Below the pieces are notes generated by a model. That model was given only the letters and a program-made list of their open reading frames with translations, made no database searches and was not told where the DNA came from. A stretch of DNA of 64,000 nt, from contig CACYSQ010000004.1 of the NCBI GenBank assembly GCA_902777125.1, positions 47,470-111,469 on the forward strand, read 5' to 3'. The DNA comes from Ruminococcus flavefaciens. Lineage in GTDB: Bacteria; Bacillota; Clostridia; Oscillospirales; Ruminococcaceae. Position numbers and translations under genes: made by a program. Position 1 is the stretch's first letter, and every line of letters starts with the position of its first letter. Shown one piece after another: positions 27,978 to 36,839 of this stretch.

Positions 27978-28013
27978 AAAATGGCATTGACCGCATGAGT
28001 CAATGCCATTTTT
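27978..28013. terminator. Bidirectional intrinsic terminator
   Basis: AAAATGGCATTGAC/GTCAATGCCATTTT inverted repeat between convergent cotH and GH44 genes. Confidence 0.85.
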
Positions 28014-28035
28014 ATGTTTTCTATTCTCTATTCTT

Positions 28036-30423
28036 TTATGCAACCGGGAACTTGTCGATTATGTTGAGCTTGAGCTTCTGGATAGTAAGAGCGTCCATGT
28101 TGGTGATGTCCTTGCTGCCGTCAACGTCAGCGTTAGCCTCACCCTTTTCTGTGAGCTGATACTTATCCGGATTGCTGATAGTCTGCATAATGAAAACTGC
28201 ATCTGCCATATTGACCTCGTTGTCGCAGTTTGCATCGCCGTAGAGTATATCCTTGCCTGTGGAATCTTCTGATGAGGGATCAGATGTGCCCTGCTTCTCG
28301 TATTCGTAAACCATTGTGATAGTGTTGTAGGTAACTGTTACGTCTGCACCCTTGTCGTCATTTGTGGAGGACTTCCACCAGTCCTGGAACTCGATGAAGG
28401 TATCCTTGATAGTTGCAGGCTCACCCTCAAGAGTAGTTGTAGTGTCGATCGGGATATCGAATGTGCCGTCCATAAGAACAACGTTATCGCCTGTGCCGCC
28501 GCCGTAGCTGAAGGACTTCATGCCCCAGTGGGAAGCACCGTCCGCAGTAACGAGCTTGTTGAAGCAGAGTCCGCCGCCTCCGCCGTACCAGGTTGCGCCT
28601 GTTGAGCAGGAAGCAGTTGTGTTGATGATGACCTTTTTCAGAGCAGCAGCGTCCTCAATGGGTATCATCGGGAAGTTGTTCTGAGACATCTCAAGCTCAT
28701 CGAACTTGAATACGACTTCCTTGACATCGGGCTTTTCGGGCTCAACATAGAGGGTCTTGTCTGTAGCCTTGTCGGAGATAACTACCTGTGCAGCTGTGAG
28801 AGGGGGAAGCTCAACAGTGATAGTGTCTCCGGAGAGGTCGTTCTGAACGTCGATAACGCGGATATCGCTGTGATCGTCGGAGATAGCGTATACAACAGCG
28901 CTCTTGTAGTTCTCAGCGCCGCCTGCTATCTTTATCTCAGCCTTCTCGCTCTTGGTGAGGTCCTTGTTCGTGATAACGACCTTTACCTCGGAGGTATCGT
29001 TGCCGTCGATTGAAGCAAATGCAGCGGACTTTGAAAGGTCCTCTGTGGAGGTCTTAACGAGGTTGTCGCCGAACTTGCCGCCTTCACCGTCGTAGTTGGT
29101 GTAGAGGTTGATAGCGGACTCAACATAGGGACACTCGGAAAGAGTTCCCCAGTAGGTAGCGAAGTAAACGTTGTTGAGGGCGAAAGCACCGAGAGCCTCT
29201 GCCTCAGCAAGACCTGTTCTGATGTTCTTGCCTGTCACCTTTTCGTTTCCGATGTTTCCGAGGTTGTACTCGGATATAGCAAGCTTTGTGCCGGGATAAT
29301 ACTTCTCGATTGACTTCTGGAGCACACTCAGGAACGGGAAGTAGTCCTTGCCCCAAGGCTGGAGCCAGCTGTCCTCAACGTAAGTGGGGTCATAGAGGCT
29401 TCTTGCAGCCTGAAGTATATCATCGTCATTGTTGATGCCCTGAGAGTAGTAGTGAACGTCGAACACATCGAGAAGTCTCTGACCGCTCTCCTGCTCTGCC
29501 TTAGCCATCTGCTCGAGATAGTAGTCGGTGAACCAGAAGTAGTTGCTCTTGACAGCAGCCCAGTCCTCATCGGTGTATGTGCCTATTTTCTGACCTGAAG
29601 CGTCCTTGATATCAGAACCGTCGCCGCAGTTCATACAGGGAAGCATTCCCCAGAAAGCAGGTCCGAAGATCTCAGCCTTCGGATCGAGGGACTTGACTAC
29701 CTTTGCAAGCTCGATGGACTTCGAGATAAGCTCCTTGCTGGAGACCTCCTCGGGGTGCATGAGCGGGTGGGTGTCGTTCCAGAGCACCGGCTCGTTATCG
29801 AGGCTGTAGCCCTGTATACCGGTCTCGGAGGCTGCATCGCCGAGCTTGTTCATGATGTAGTTGACGTATTCGTCCATGTATACGGTTCCGTCAGTGAGAT
29901 CGGGCTCGAGCGAGAGCTCGCCCTCCTTCTTGAATACGACCTTGTTCCAGCGTGAGGACGGTGCGACCTCGTCTGCTTTAACGGTACCGTTCTTGTCAGC
30001 GGAAACATAGCCAGCCATCTGGAGAGTAGCAAGCTTATACGGTACGCTGTTCTTCTCAGCCATCTGTGAGAGCTTCTGAACGGCAGCAGCAGGTCCCTGA
30101 GTATCGTCGCCTATATTCGTATCAGAGCTGTTGTGCCAGTCCTCGCCTGCATTTGACCAGTTTGTCTCCCAGTTGTAGCCGGTATAACGGTTTCCGCCCT
30201 GTCTGATGTTGTTTACGGTAACATTTTTCAGACTTGAAGCGTCAAAAGCGTTTACACCGTAAATGTACGGGCTTATAGTCTGCTTCTCAGCGGTGAGGTC
30301 AACGCTCACCTTCATAGAATAGCTGTCGCTGCCTTCTGCTGACACGCTCCCGGAGGGTACGAGAGCTGCATTTGAGATCACGCAGATACCTGCTAGCAAT
30401 CCCGCGAAACTTCTTTTTACCAT
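28036..30423 (-). CDS. Cellulosomal GH44 endoglucanase/xyloglucanase with CBM (CBM76-like) and dockerin (EndB/Cel44A-like)
   Basis: GGNRYTGYNWETNWSNAGEDW GH44 signature; catalytic DNEP and SEYN; aromatic-rich module (WYGGGG, HWG, DWW); duplicated dockerin GDANCDNEVNMAD/DVDGSKDITNMD. AAGGAG RBS before ATG 30423. Confidence 0.9.
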   Translation of the reverse strand: MVKRSFAGLLAGICVISNAALVPSGSVSAEGSDSYSMKVSVDLTAEKQTISPYIYGVNAFDASSLKNVTVNNIRQGGNRYTGYNWETNWSNAGEDWHNSSDTNIGDDTQGPAAAVQKLSQMAEKNSVPYKLATLQMAGYVSADKNGTVKADEVAPSSRWNKVVFKKEGELSLEPDLTDGTVYMDEYVNYIMNKLGDAASETGIQGYSLDNEPVLWNDTHPLMHPEEVSSKELISKSIELAKVVKSLDPKAEIFGPAFWGMLPCMNCGDGSDIKDASGQKIGTYTDEDWAAVKSNYFWFTDYYLEQMAKAEQESGQRLLDVFDVHYYSQGINNDDDILQAARSLYDPTYVEDSWLQPWGKDYFPFLSVLQKSIEKYYPGTKLAISEYNLGNIGNEKVTGKNIRTGLAEAEALGAFALNNVYFATYWGTLSECPYVESAINLYTNYDGEGGKFGDNLVKTSTEDLSKSAAFASIDGNDTSEVKVVITNKDLTKSEKAEIKIAGGAENYKSAVVYAISDDHSDIRVIDVQNDLSGDTITVELPPLTAAQVVISDKATDKTLYVEPEKPDVKEVVFKFDELEMSQNNFPMIPIEDAAALKKVIINTTASCSTGATWYGGGGGLCFNKLVTADGASHWGMKSFSYGGGTGDNVVLMDGTFDIPIDTTTTLEGEPATIKDTFIEFQDWWKSSTNDDKGADVTVTYNTITMVYEYEKQGTSDPSSEDSTGKDILYGDANCDNEVNMADAVFIMQTISNPDKYQLTEKGEANADVDGSKDITNMDALTIQKLKLNIIDKFPVA

Positions 30424-30465
30424 AAAATAAACTCCTTTATTTATTGCGCCGGTAAAGCGCATTAT

Positions 30466-31371
30466 TTACTTGTCCTTATTCCGGAATGGAGCCTTTGTCC
30501 ATATGTCGATATCCGGTTCGCAGCACCCGAGGAAATGAACGAGCGATTCTGCTATCGTGAGTATAGCAACAAGAGGAATGTTGTGAACGTAGCCGTATAT
30601 CGGGAATGGGTCATCGCCTGTATCAGCGGTGAGCTCCCACATTATGCCGAACCTCACGAGCCTTTCAACGATGTCGGAAACTATGTCAAAGTCAATGCCG
30701 AGCTTTTTGGATATGCACTCCTTTGTGAGTATGAAATTCCTTCCGAGGGTCTCGGCATAGCTGATAACTCTCAGCGCATTCTCATCGGAAAGGAAGGTGA
30801 AAAGCTCGATTATTCTCGGCTGTATCGAGAAATAGCTGTTGATGCCGTTCTCAGGTATCCTCATGAAGCAGGCGTACTGCATATCCTGATTTAGCCTTGC
30901 GAATGCGAGCTCATGGTCTGTTCTGAGGTGCGCGAAGGTCTCATGCGCGAAGGTCTCCGGAAAGCGTATCGACTCCGGCTGAGTATTGGGGTTATAGGCA
31001 CTTATGATGCTGTAGAAGTGCTCGATGAAGAACCTTCCCCTGTCCTCCGACGGAAGCTTCTGAATCTCCTCTGCCGCTGAGATATCAACGTTTATCCTGC
31101 CCTCCTCGTCTTTGAGACCGAAGAGTGTATCGAGTGATACACCGAGGGTCTTTGCTAGCTGCGGAAGGAGCTCACAGTCGGGGTAGCTCCCCTTTTCCCA
31201 CTTGGATACCGCCTGCGGTGTCACGAGCATTGCCGCTGCGAGCTGGCTCTGGGTAAGGCCTGCTTTCTTTCTGAATTTTATGAGGTTGCTGCTGAATTTC
31301 ATTTCCATTGCAAGATCGTCCTTTCGGGAAGATGATCCCGCGGAAAGATCCCTGCCTTGTTTTTTCATCAT
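30466..31371 (-). CDS. XRE-family transcriptional regulator with extended C-terminal domain
   Basis: FRKKAGLTQSQLAAAMLVTPQAVSKWEKGSYPD..LLP.LA..LGVSLD HTH; alternative start at 31308. Confidence 0.88.
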   Translation of the reverse strand: MMKKQGRDLSAGSSSRKDDLAMEMKFSSNLIKFRKKAGLTQSQLAAAMLVTPQAVSKWEKGSYPDCELLPQLAKTLGVSLDTLFGLKDEEGRINVDISAAEEIQKLPSEDRGRFFIEHFYSIISAYNPNTQPESIRFPETFAHETFAHLRTDHELAFARLNQDMQYACFMRIPENGINSYFSIQPRIIELFTFLSDENALRVISYAETLGRNFILTKECISKKLGIDFDIVSDIVERLVRFGIMWELTADTGDDPFPIYGYVHNIPLVAILTIAESLVHFLGCCEPDIDIWTKAPFRNKDK

Positions 31372-31399
31372 TCACACCCATTCTTTGGTTTACATACAT

Positions 31400-31428
31400 A
31401 TCATAACACATATGTGAGTTGAATACAA
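31400..31428 (-). promoter_or_regulatory. XRE(-GH44) promoter with palindrome in its spacer
   Basis: TTGTAT-17 bp-TATGAT; perfect palindrome CACATATGTG at 31407-31416. Confidence 0.6.
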
Positions 31429-31521
31429 GCAAGAGATTTTTTGCGGGATAAAACCGCCCGTTGTTTTATAAACCTGCGGTTGAATAAATTATAGCATAAA
31501 CCTCCCGGGATTGCAATAGCG

Positions 31522-31559
31522 AAAACAAAAAACCGGACGTGAACTTATCACGTCCGGTT
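31522..31559 (-). terminator. Intrinsic terminator after the sulfatase-fold gene
   Basis: 12-bp stem AACCGGACGTGA/TCACGTCCGGTT followed by a U tract on the minus strand. Confidence 0.85.
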
Positions 31560-31569
31560 GAATTATCCG

Positions 31570-33675
31570 TCACGACCAGAAATCCTTTATCGGATAGGTC
31601 TTATGGTCCGCCTCCATATCGACATCTTTTATATTTCCGTAGTAGAAGTATTCGTCATAGCAATTGAACTGAGCATTTCCCAGTGCATTCAGCTTATCAG
31701 CTTTAGGGTAATCATCGTCATATTTAAAATTGCGGCATACCCTCAGACGCTTCTCAGCCGGGTCGATCTCAAACAGAGAATACCCCATGTCCCCTTTGTC
31801 CATACCATGACAGTCAAGTATAGTCGGGAGAAGATCGGACTGTAGATTGCCCGGTGCAGAGTTGACCTGTAAGGTGTCATTGGTATAGTTCTTCGGCTTT
31901 ATGAGCATTACAGGCTGACTTTCATAGAAAGAATGATAACCGTGATCCGCAGTAAGAATGATCGTGCTGCTGTCATATGCACCTGTTTTCTTGAGCTGCT
32001 CAATATATCCGGCATAAATATCAACGCACTGTTGTATCGCCTGCATTCTGCTGTAATTATTATCGTACGGCTCGTGCATACCGTTGATGTGCGTGAATGT
32101 GCAGAGCTTGTCCTCGTCATTTATCACCAGTCCGGAATTAACAGCCGCAGTTACGTCCTTATTGAGGTAGGTGATCTCTTTGATGCCCGACGCCCCGGAA
32201 CCGGCTCTCCAGCTCGAAACATTGTAATTAAAATCGTCTGCAAAATCGGTATACTGGTTTATTTCATAAGCCGATGAGACCAGGAAATCCGGCTTCATCA
32301 TCTCCGGCGAATACTTGAAAAGCGAAAGCTTTACCATTTTCCTGTAGGTGCTGAGCTTTTCGGTCACCATCTCCGGAGCCTCGACAACATTGTCGATCTT
32401 TCCGATCATATTATTAGCATCGCCGCTGTAAAGGTCGGAATCCGTATAGAAATTCACCCTGAACCCGTTCTTGTGGAGGGTATCATAGAAATACTCGGCA
32501 TTTTCGCTGTTCCAGCATCTCTTGTTCGCTTCACCTATGCTGATCGTATAGTCCTGCGGAGTTGCAGTCATCAAAGCCGGCATTGAGAACGCCGTACAGA
32601 AAGCCTCCGTATTAACATTGTCGAACCATACGCAGTCCGAAAGCACTTCACGGTATTCGCTGTGTTCTTCCAGGAAGTCCTCCATGTCATCACGCGAAAA
32701 TGTATCCATGATAAATACGATTATGTTTTCCTTATCCGATATCTCGAACTGTGATGCTCCGTTAAGGATATATTTCTGATTTTTCGATTTATCGAACGCA
32801 CTTGCCGGAGCTTTTACAAAAAATGTCGGAAGCGGTGCAAGCTGCATTACAAAGAGTGTCACCGAAAGCCACACCGAGACCTTGAAGGTTACGGTACGTT
32901 TCTTTTTTAATACCGCCCACAGGATAACAACTCCGAAGCATACAAGAGCCCATATGAAGCAATTCAGCATTCCCTCAGCACTTCTCGCTGCATCTGAAGG
33001 GTAATTTGTACCGTCGATTATGAAGCTTTTATTGAGCAGCAGGTTCTGGATATACGAGATCAGCGTCAGTCCGGTAATAAAGACCGCTGCCGCTTTTATG
33101 TTTTCGCTTCTGAAAATAAGTGCGAGTATCAGGGCGGCTGATAAGGACAGGACCGCGAATGCTGTCAGTGACGGAATAACGATATCATTGAAGTCATATT
33201 TCCAGTCGTTCAGATTATAAAAGAACAGTTCGTAAACTCCATAGATCATTACCATGTAATTGAATGATACCAGCGGGATCAGAACTATAAGGAAGCGTTT
33301 GCGGAACGCGATAACATTGTTTTTATCATTCCTGAAACAGCCAAGGAAGCTTTTCAGAGAAAGAGCGCTGACCGTTTTGTCATCAGCCGGAGAAATGCCT
33401 TTTTTTCGTACTTTTACGATAAAAAACAAGAGTATGAGGTCGTGTACCAGTACCGCAAATTCCAGAAAAGCAAGCAGTATCAGAAGAAAAAGCGAAACAC
33501 TGTTTACGTTGAATATCAGATAAGCAGCCACTCCCAAAATGAATAAAACGCTCGAAAAAACAGCGCTTTCCATGTTTTTCTGTGCATAGTCCTTGTCGAG
33601 CCTTTGAACTATGCAGCTTATGCACAATATCCCTCCCAGCAGTACAAAGAGAGAATAAAAGACAGCAGTTTCCAT
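31570..33675 (-). CDS. Multi-TM protein with C-terminal alkaline-phosphatase/sulfatase-fold domain (LtaS/EptA-like transferase)
   Basis: About 7-8 hydrophobic segments, then FIMDTF, CTAFSMPALMT, HINGMHEPY and TADHG. GGAGGA RBS before ATG 33675; ORF-track start 33723 lies inside the promoter. Confidence 0.75.
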   Translation of the reverse strand: METAVFYSLFVLLGGILCISCIVQRLDKDYAQKNMESAVFSSVLFILGVAAYLIFNVNSVSLFLLILLAFLEFAVLVHDLILLFFIVKVRKKGISPADDKTVSALSLKSFLGCFRNDKNNVIAFRKRFLIVLIPLVSFNYMVMIYGVYELFFYNLNDWKYDFNDIVIPSLTAFAVLSLSAALILALIFRSENIKAAAVFITGLTLISYIQNLLLNKSFIIDGTNYPSDAARSAEGMLNCFIWALVCFGVVILWAVLKKKRTVTFKVSVWLSVTLFVMQLAPLPTFFVKAPASAFDKSKNQKYILNGASQFEISDKENIIVFIMDTFSRDDMEDFLEEHSEYREVLSDCVWFDNVNTEAFCTAFSMPALMTATPQDYTISIGEANKRCWNSENAEYFYDTLHKNGFRVNFYTDSDLYSGDANNMIGKIDNVVEAPEMVTEKLSTYRKMVKLSLFKYSPEMMKPDFLVSSAYEINQYTDFADDFNYNVSSWRAGSGASGIKEITYLNKDVTAAVNSGLVINDEDKLCTFTHINGMHEPYDNNYSRMQAIQQCVDIYAGYIEQLKKTGAYDSSTIILTADHGYHSFYESQPVMLIKPKNYTNDTLQVNSAPGNLQSDLLPTILDCHGMDKGDMGYSLFEIDPAEKRLRVCRNFKYDDDYPKADKLNALGNAQFNCYDEYFYYGNIKDVDMEADHKTYPIKDFWS

Positions 33676-33709
33676 TGAAGTTCCTCCAAAGAGATATACT
33701 TTGCACCTC

Positions 33710-33739
33710 ATTATACCACACAAGCTCCGGTAAAGTCAA
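33710..33739 (-). promoter_or_regulatory. Promoter of the sulfatase-fold gene
   Basis: TTGACT-18 bp-TATAAT with TG extension. Confidence 0.65.
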
Positions 33740-33763
33740 CTCCCCGGACTTGCCTCTGAATGC

Positions 33764-33793
33764 AAAAAAACAAGGCGGAAAGCCTTCCGCCTT
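33764..33793 (-). terminator. Intrinsic terminator after the DUF6514-like gene
   Basis: AAGGCGGAA/TTCCGCCTT stem plus U tract on the minus strand. Confidence 0.75.
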
Positions 33794-33797
33794 CCGC

Positions 33798-34100
33798 CTA
33801 TATAGCCGCACATAGATAACTGAGCGCCTTTGTGTAGATCTGCTTTGGTCTCGCCTTGGAATTAATGAGCATTTCCGCAAAATCGACCGCGTCCCCGATG
33901 CTCCGGGAGAAGTCCTGTATGCACTCCTTCTCACCGCTTGAACGCTCCTCCGCCTCGATGCCGTAGGTATGTACCTTTTCGCCGCCAAGCCATGTAGTAC
34001 CCGAAACAACGCGGTATATCACCTTGTTGTCGCCGTATATCTCCATGTAGACGGTCCTGTCCTCCAGCACCTTTTTCAGCCTTCTTCTCTTTCCGAACAT
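33798..34100 (-). CDS. Small conserved hypothetical protein (DUF6514-like)
   Basis: YRVV...TYGIEAE......I.DFS...GDAVDFAEML pattern; GGAGG RBS. Confidence 0.65.
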   Translation of the reverse strand: MFGKRRRLKKVLEDRTVYMEIYGDNKVIYRVVSGTTWLGGEKVHTYGIEAEERSSGEKECIQDFSRSIGDAVDFAEMLINSKARPKQIYTKALSYLCAAI

Positions 34101-34223
34101 CTTTTTTCCTCCTTCCGGCTATGTCTACTCCTGAATTATAGCACAGAAGGAATGTCCTGTGAACGGGTGAAGCTTAGCTTTTTCGGTATCTTTAAGGCGC
34201 ATCGTGTCGTAAATGAGAAGCGG

Positions 34224-34913
34224 TCACTCGATATCGTTTATCTCCATGAAGATACGCTGCATCTGCATATCTGTTTCCGCTATCCTCTCGGCACATTCAC
34301 GGAGCTCCTGCGAAATTTCCGGTGTTATCGCAGCCGAGGGCTTGTATTTGAGCTGGTGCTCAAGGCTTGCCCAGAAGTCCATAGCAATGGTTCTTATCTG
34401 TATCTCAACAGGTGCAGTCTGCTTGGTCGTTGAGAGGTATACCGGCACGTTCACGATGAGGTGATAGCTGCGGTAGCCGCTGGGCTTGGGCGAGGCGATA
34501 TAGTCTTTCTGCTTGATTATGGTGAGGTCATCGCGTCTGCCGAGCATCTCCACTATTGCGTAGATATCGCTGATGTAGTAGCAGGTAACTCTTATACCTG
34601 CCATATCGAGGAGGTTCTTCCTTGCCGATTCCGGAGTGAGAGGAAGTCCCTTTTTCTGGAGCTTTCCGATTATGGACTGCGGAGATTTCAGCCGGCTCTC
34701 GATGTTGTGTATGGGATTGCGCTGGAATTTGACGTTGAATTCGCCGTCGAGGATATTGAGGTAGGTCCTGACAGTCTCGATAGCGGAATCGTAGAGGTGC
34801 TGCAATTGCAGGAACTCATAGAATGTATTCGCGAACTTCTCCTTCATTGATTCATTGCTCTCTATCGCAGGGAGATAGTCCATGACCTCAACATAAAAAT
34901 CCTTTTCGCTCAT
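34224..34913 (-). CDS. Small alarmone synthetase ((p)ppGpp synthetase, RelP/RelQ-like)
   Basis: IESRLKSPQSI, DMAGIRVTC, DYIASPKPSGYRSYH and EIQIRTIAMDFWASLEHQLKYK. Confidence 0.92.
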   Translation of the reverse strand: MSEKDFYVEVMDYLPAIESNESMKEKFANTFYEFLQLQHLYDSAIETVRTYLNILDGEFNVKFQRNPIHNIESRLKSPQSIIGKLQKKGLPLTPESARKNLLDMAGIRVTCYYISDIYAIVEMLGRRDDLTIIKQKDYIASPKPSGYRSYHLIVNVPVYLSTTKQTAPVEIQIRTIAMDFWASLEHQLKYKPSAAITPEISQELRECAERIAETDMQMQRIFMEINDIE

Positions 34914-34930
34914 AGCTCTCCTTTCAAATG

Positions 34931-35860
34931 TCAGCTGCCAAGCGCCTCTGCAAGAGTTCTTGCAGCCGCCGTGAGGTCGCCATTTTCAGCACTTGTGTTC
35001 GCCTTTTTCAGAGCAGCATCGACTCCGGCAGGAACAGTTCCGGACGAATGGACAATGGCTTTTTTGCTCTGTGCGTCTATCATCGCCATGATACCGCCGT
35101 CCTGACAGCGTCTCTTGTAGTATTCCTCGAGGATCTGCTCATTAGTTTTGTCAGTTGAATTTATCGTGATGAGCAGAGCGTTCTTTCCGCCGCTTGCAGA
35201 GAGAATGCGTTCAAGCTCACCAATGGTCTCCCTTTCGAGAAGTCCGGCATTGTCGAAGATGTACTCGGGACAGTTTTCACCGAGCTTCAGAAGTCTGAGG
35301 GCAGCTGTCTTGTAGTCGCCGTCAACTATTTCCTGAGTTGCCCAGTAGAAGGCTTCCTTCTGCATATCCTCGGATATGTAGGTCTCACAGCTTCCCGTAA
35401 GATAGAGCATATCGTTACCGCTGTCGTTGTTGATAAGGAGGAGCAGACCGCTTCCCCTGCCCTTGTAGATATCGTCATAAGCGGCAGCTGCATAGTCGTA
35501 GGGCGACTTTCCCTCAAGCTTGGAGGCGGTGACAACAGCCGCATTTATGAGGTACTTCTCATACAGCATCTCGCAGTAGTCATTGCAGGCGTTATAGTCC
35601 TCCTGAGAGAGGAGCTTTGCCTCATCGTAGACGTAAACGCCCTCCGCACGGGTTATCTCATGTCTTGAAGGCTCTATTTCGGGAGCCGTGACCTTTTCCG
35701 AAGCAGCCTCCGAGGTGGCAGCGGTATCGGTATGAACCTGTGATGAAGCCGCGGAAGTAGGCTCGGTCTTACCGCCTGACGAGGTCTTTTTCAGCGAACA
35801 CCCGGCAGTCATTGCGGCTGCTGAAACGATAATTGCTGTAAGAAATAAACTTTTTTTCAA
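34931..35860 (-). CDS. TPM-domain lipoprotein (probably two TPM-like domains)
   Basis: Lipobox TAGC; VYDEAKLLS and IFDNAGLLE TPM-type openings, GLLLLIN. TTG start at 35860 preferred over 35878 given the promoter position. Confidence 0.7.
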   Translation of the reverse strand: MKKSLFLTAIIVSAAAMTAGCSLKKTSSGGKTEPTSAASSQVHTDTAATSEAASEKVTAPEIEPSRHEITRAEGVYVYDEAKLLSQEDYNACNDYCEMLYEKYLINAAVVTASKLEGKSPYDYAAAAYDDIYKGRGSGLLLLINNDSGNDMLYLTGSCETYISEDMQKEAFYWATQEIVDGDYKTAALRLLKLGENCPEYIFDNAGLLERETIGELERILSASGGKNALLITINSTDKTNEQILEEYYKRRCQDGGIMAMIDAQSKKAIVHSSGTVPAGVDAALKKANTSAENGDLTAAARTLAEALGS

Positions 35861-35878
35861 AAAAATCAGTCCTAACAC

Positions 35879-35923
35879 TTGTATTATATCTTATATTTTA
35901 GTATAATTTAATAGAAAAATCAA
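35879..35923. promoter_or_regulatory. Overlapping divergent SigA promoters (TPM-SAS operon and ogg)
   Basis: Plus strand: TTGTAT(35879)-17-TATAAT(35902). Minus strand: TTGATT(35923)-17-TAAAAT(35900). Confidence 0.6.
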
Positions 35924-35965
35924 GTACATCATCGAATTTTCACAGAATTTTTATGGAGTGATGAT

Positions 35966-36787
35966 ATGGATTACAGCATCAGACAGGACGGTATTCTTCT
36001 TTCCGAAGCCGACCTCGACCTCGCAGAAACTCTCGACTGCGGACAGGCTTTCCGGTGGGCTGAGATACCCTCGGACTACGAATGCACCTTCGAGGGCAGC
36101 TTCCTCAACAGTCCCCTACGGATATCACAGCTGAAAAGGGGGGAATTCCTCCTGCACGGTGTCAGCGAGGCTGATTTTCTCGGGAAATGGCTCTCCTACT
36201 TCGACCTCGAAACGGACTATTCCGAGCTGAAAAGACAGTTCTCCGAGGACGAAACGCTCTCTAAGGCTTGCAGCTTCGCGGGAGGCATACGTCTTCTGCG
36301 TCAGGACAGCTGGGAATGCCTCATCTCATTCATAATCTCGCAGAACAACAATATTCCCCGCATCAAGGGCATCATCGGCAGGCTCTGCGGCAGTCACGGC
36401 GGTCTTTTCCCGACCGCAGAGGAGCTTTCAGCGGAAACTCCCGAGTCCCTCTCCTACCTCAGAAGCGGCTTCCGGGCGAAGTACATCTGTGACGCCGCCG
36501 AAAGGACCGCTTCCGGCAGGACCGAGCTCTCCGCGGTCGCTGAAATGCCGATAGCCGAGGCGAGAAAAAGTCTCATGGAGATAAAGGGAGTGGGTCCGAA
36601 GGTAGCGGAATGCGTCCTCCTCTACGGTATGCACCGCACAGACGCTTTCCCGGTCGATGTGTGGATAAAGCGCGTCCTCGAACGCTACTACCCGCAGGGC
36701 TTCCCGTCATTTGCCGCTGCGAACGCCGGTATCGCTCAGCAGTACCTTTTCCACTACATAAGAAATCTTCCCGGCGGAACTGAATAA
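35966..36787 (+). CDS. ogg: 8-oxoguanine DNA glycosylase (Ogg1-like, HhH-GPD)
   Basis: LDCGQAFRW, RLLRQDSWECLISFIISQNNNIPRI and KGVGPKVAECVLL..FPVDVW. Confidence 0.9.
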   Translation: MDYSIRQDGILLSEADLDLAETLDCGQAFRWAEIPSDYECTFEGSFLNSPLRISQLKRGEFLLHGVSEADFLGKWLSYFDLETDYSELKRQFSEDETLSKACSFAGGIRLLRQDSWECLISFIISQNNNIPRIKGIIGRLCGSHGGLFPTAEELSAETPESLSYLRSGFRAKYICDAAERTASGRTELSAVAEMPIAEARKSLMEIKGVGPKVAECVLLYGMHRTDAFPVDVWIKRVLERYYPQGFPSFAAANAGIAQQYLFHYIRNLPGGTE

Positions 36788-36839
36788 TCCCACTCAAACA
36801 GCCAATAATCCTCTTTGAGATCACATATCGGAGGGAATT

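Noticed and set aside
34224-34913. Small alarmone synthetase as a toxic toxSAS
   Set aside because: Canonical RelP/RelQ-like motifs, core-genome context, and no small cognate antitoxin or mobile element nearby.
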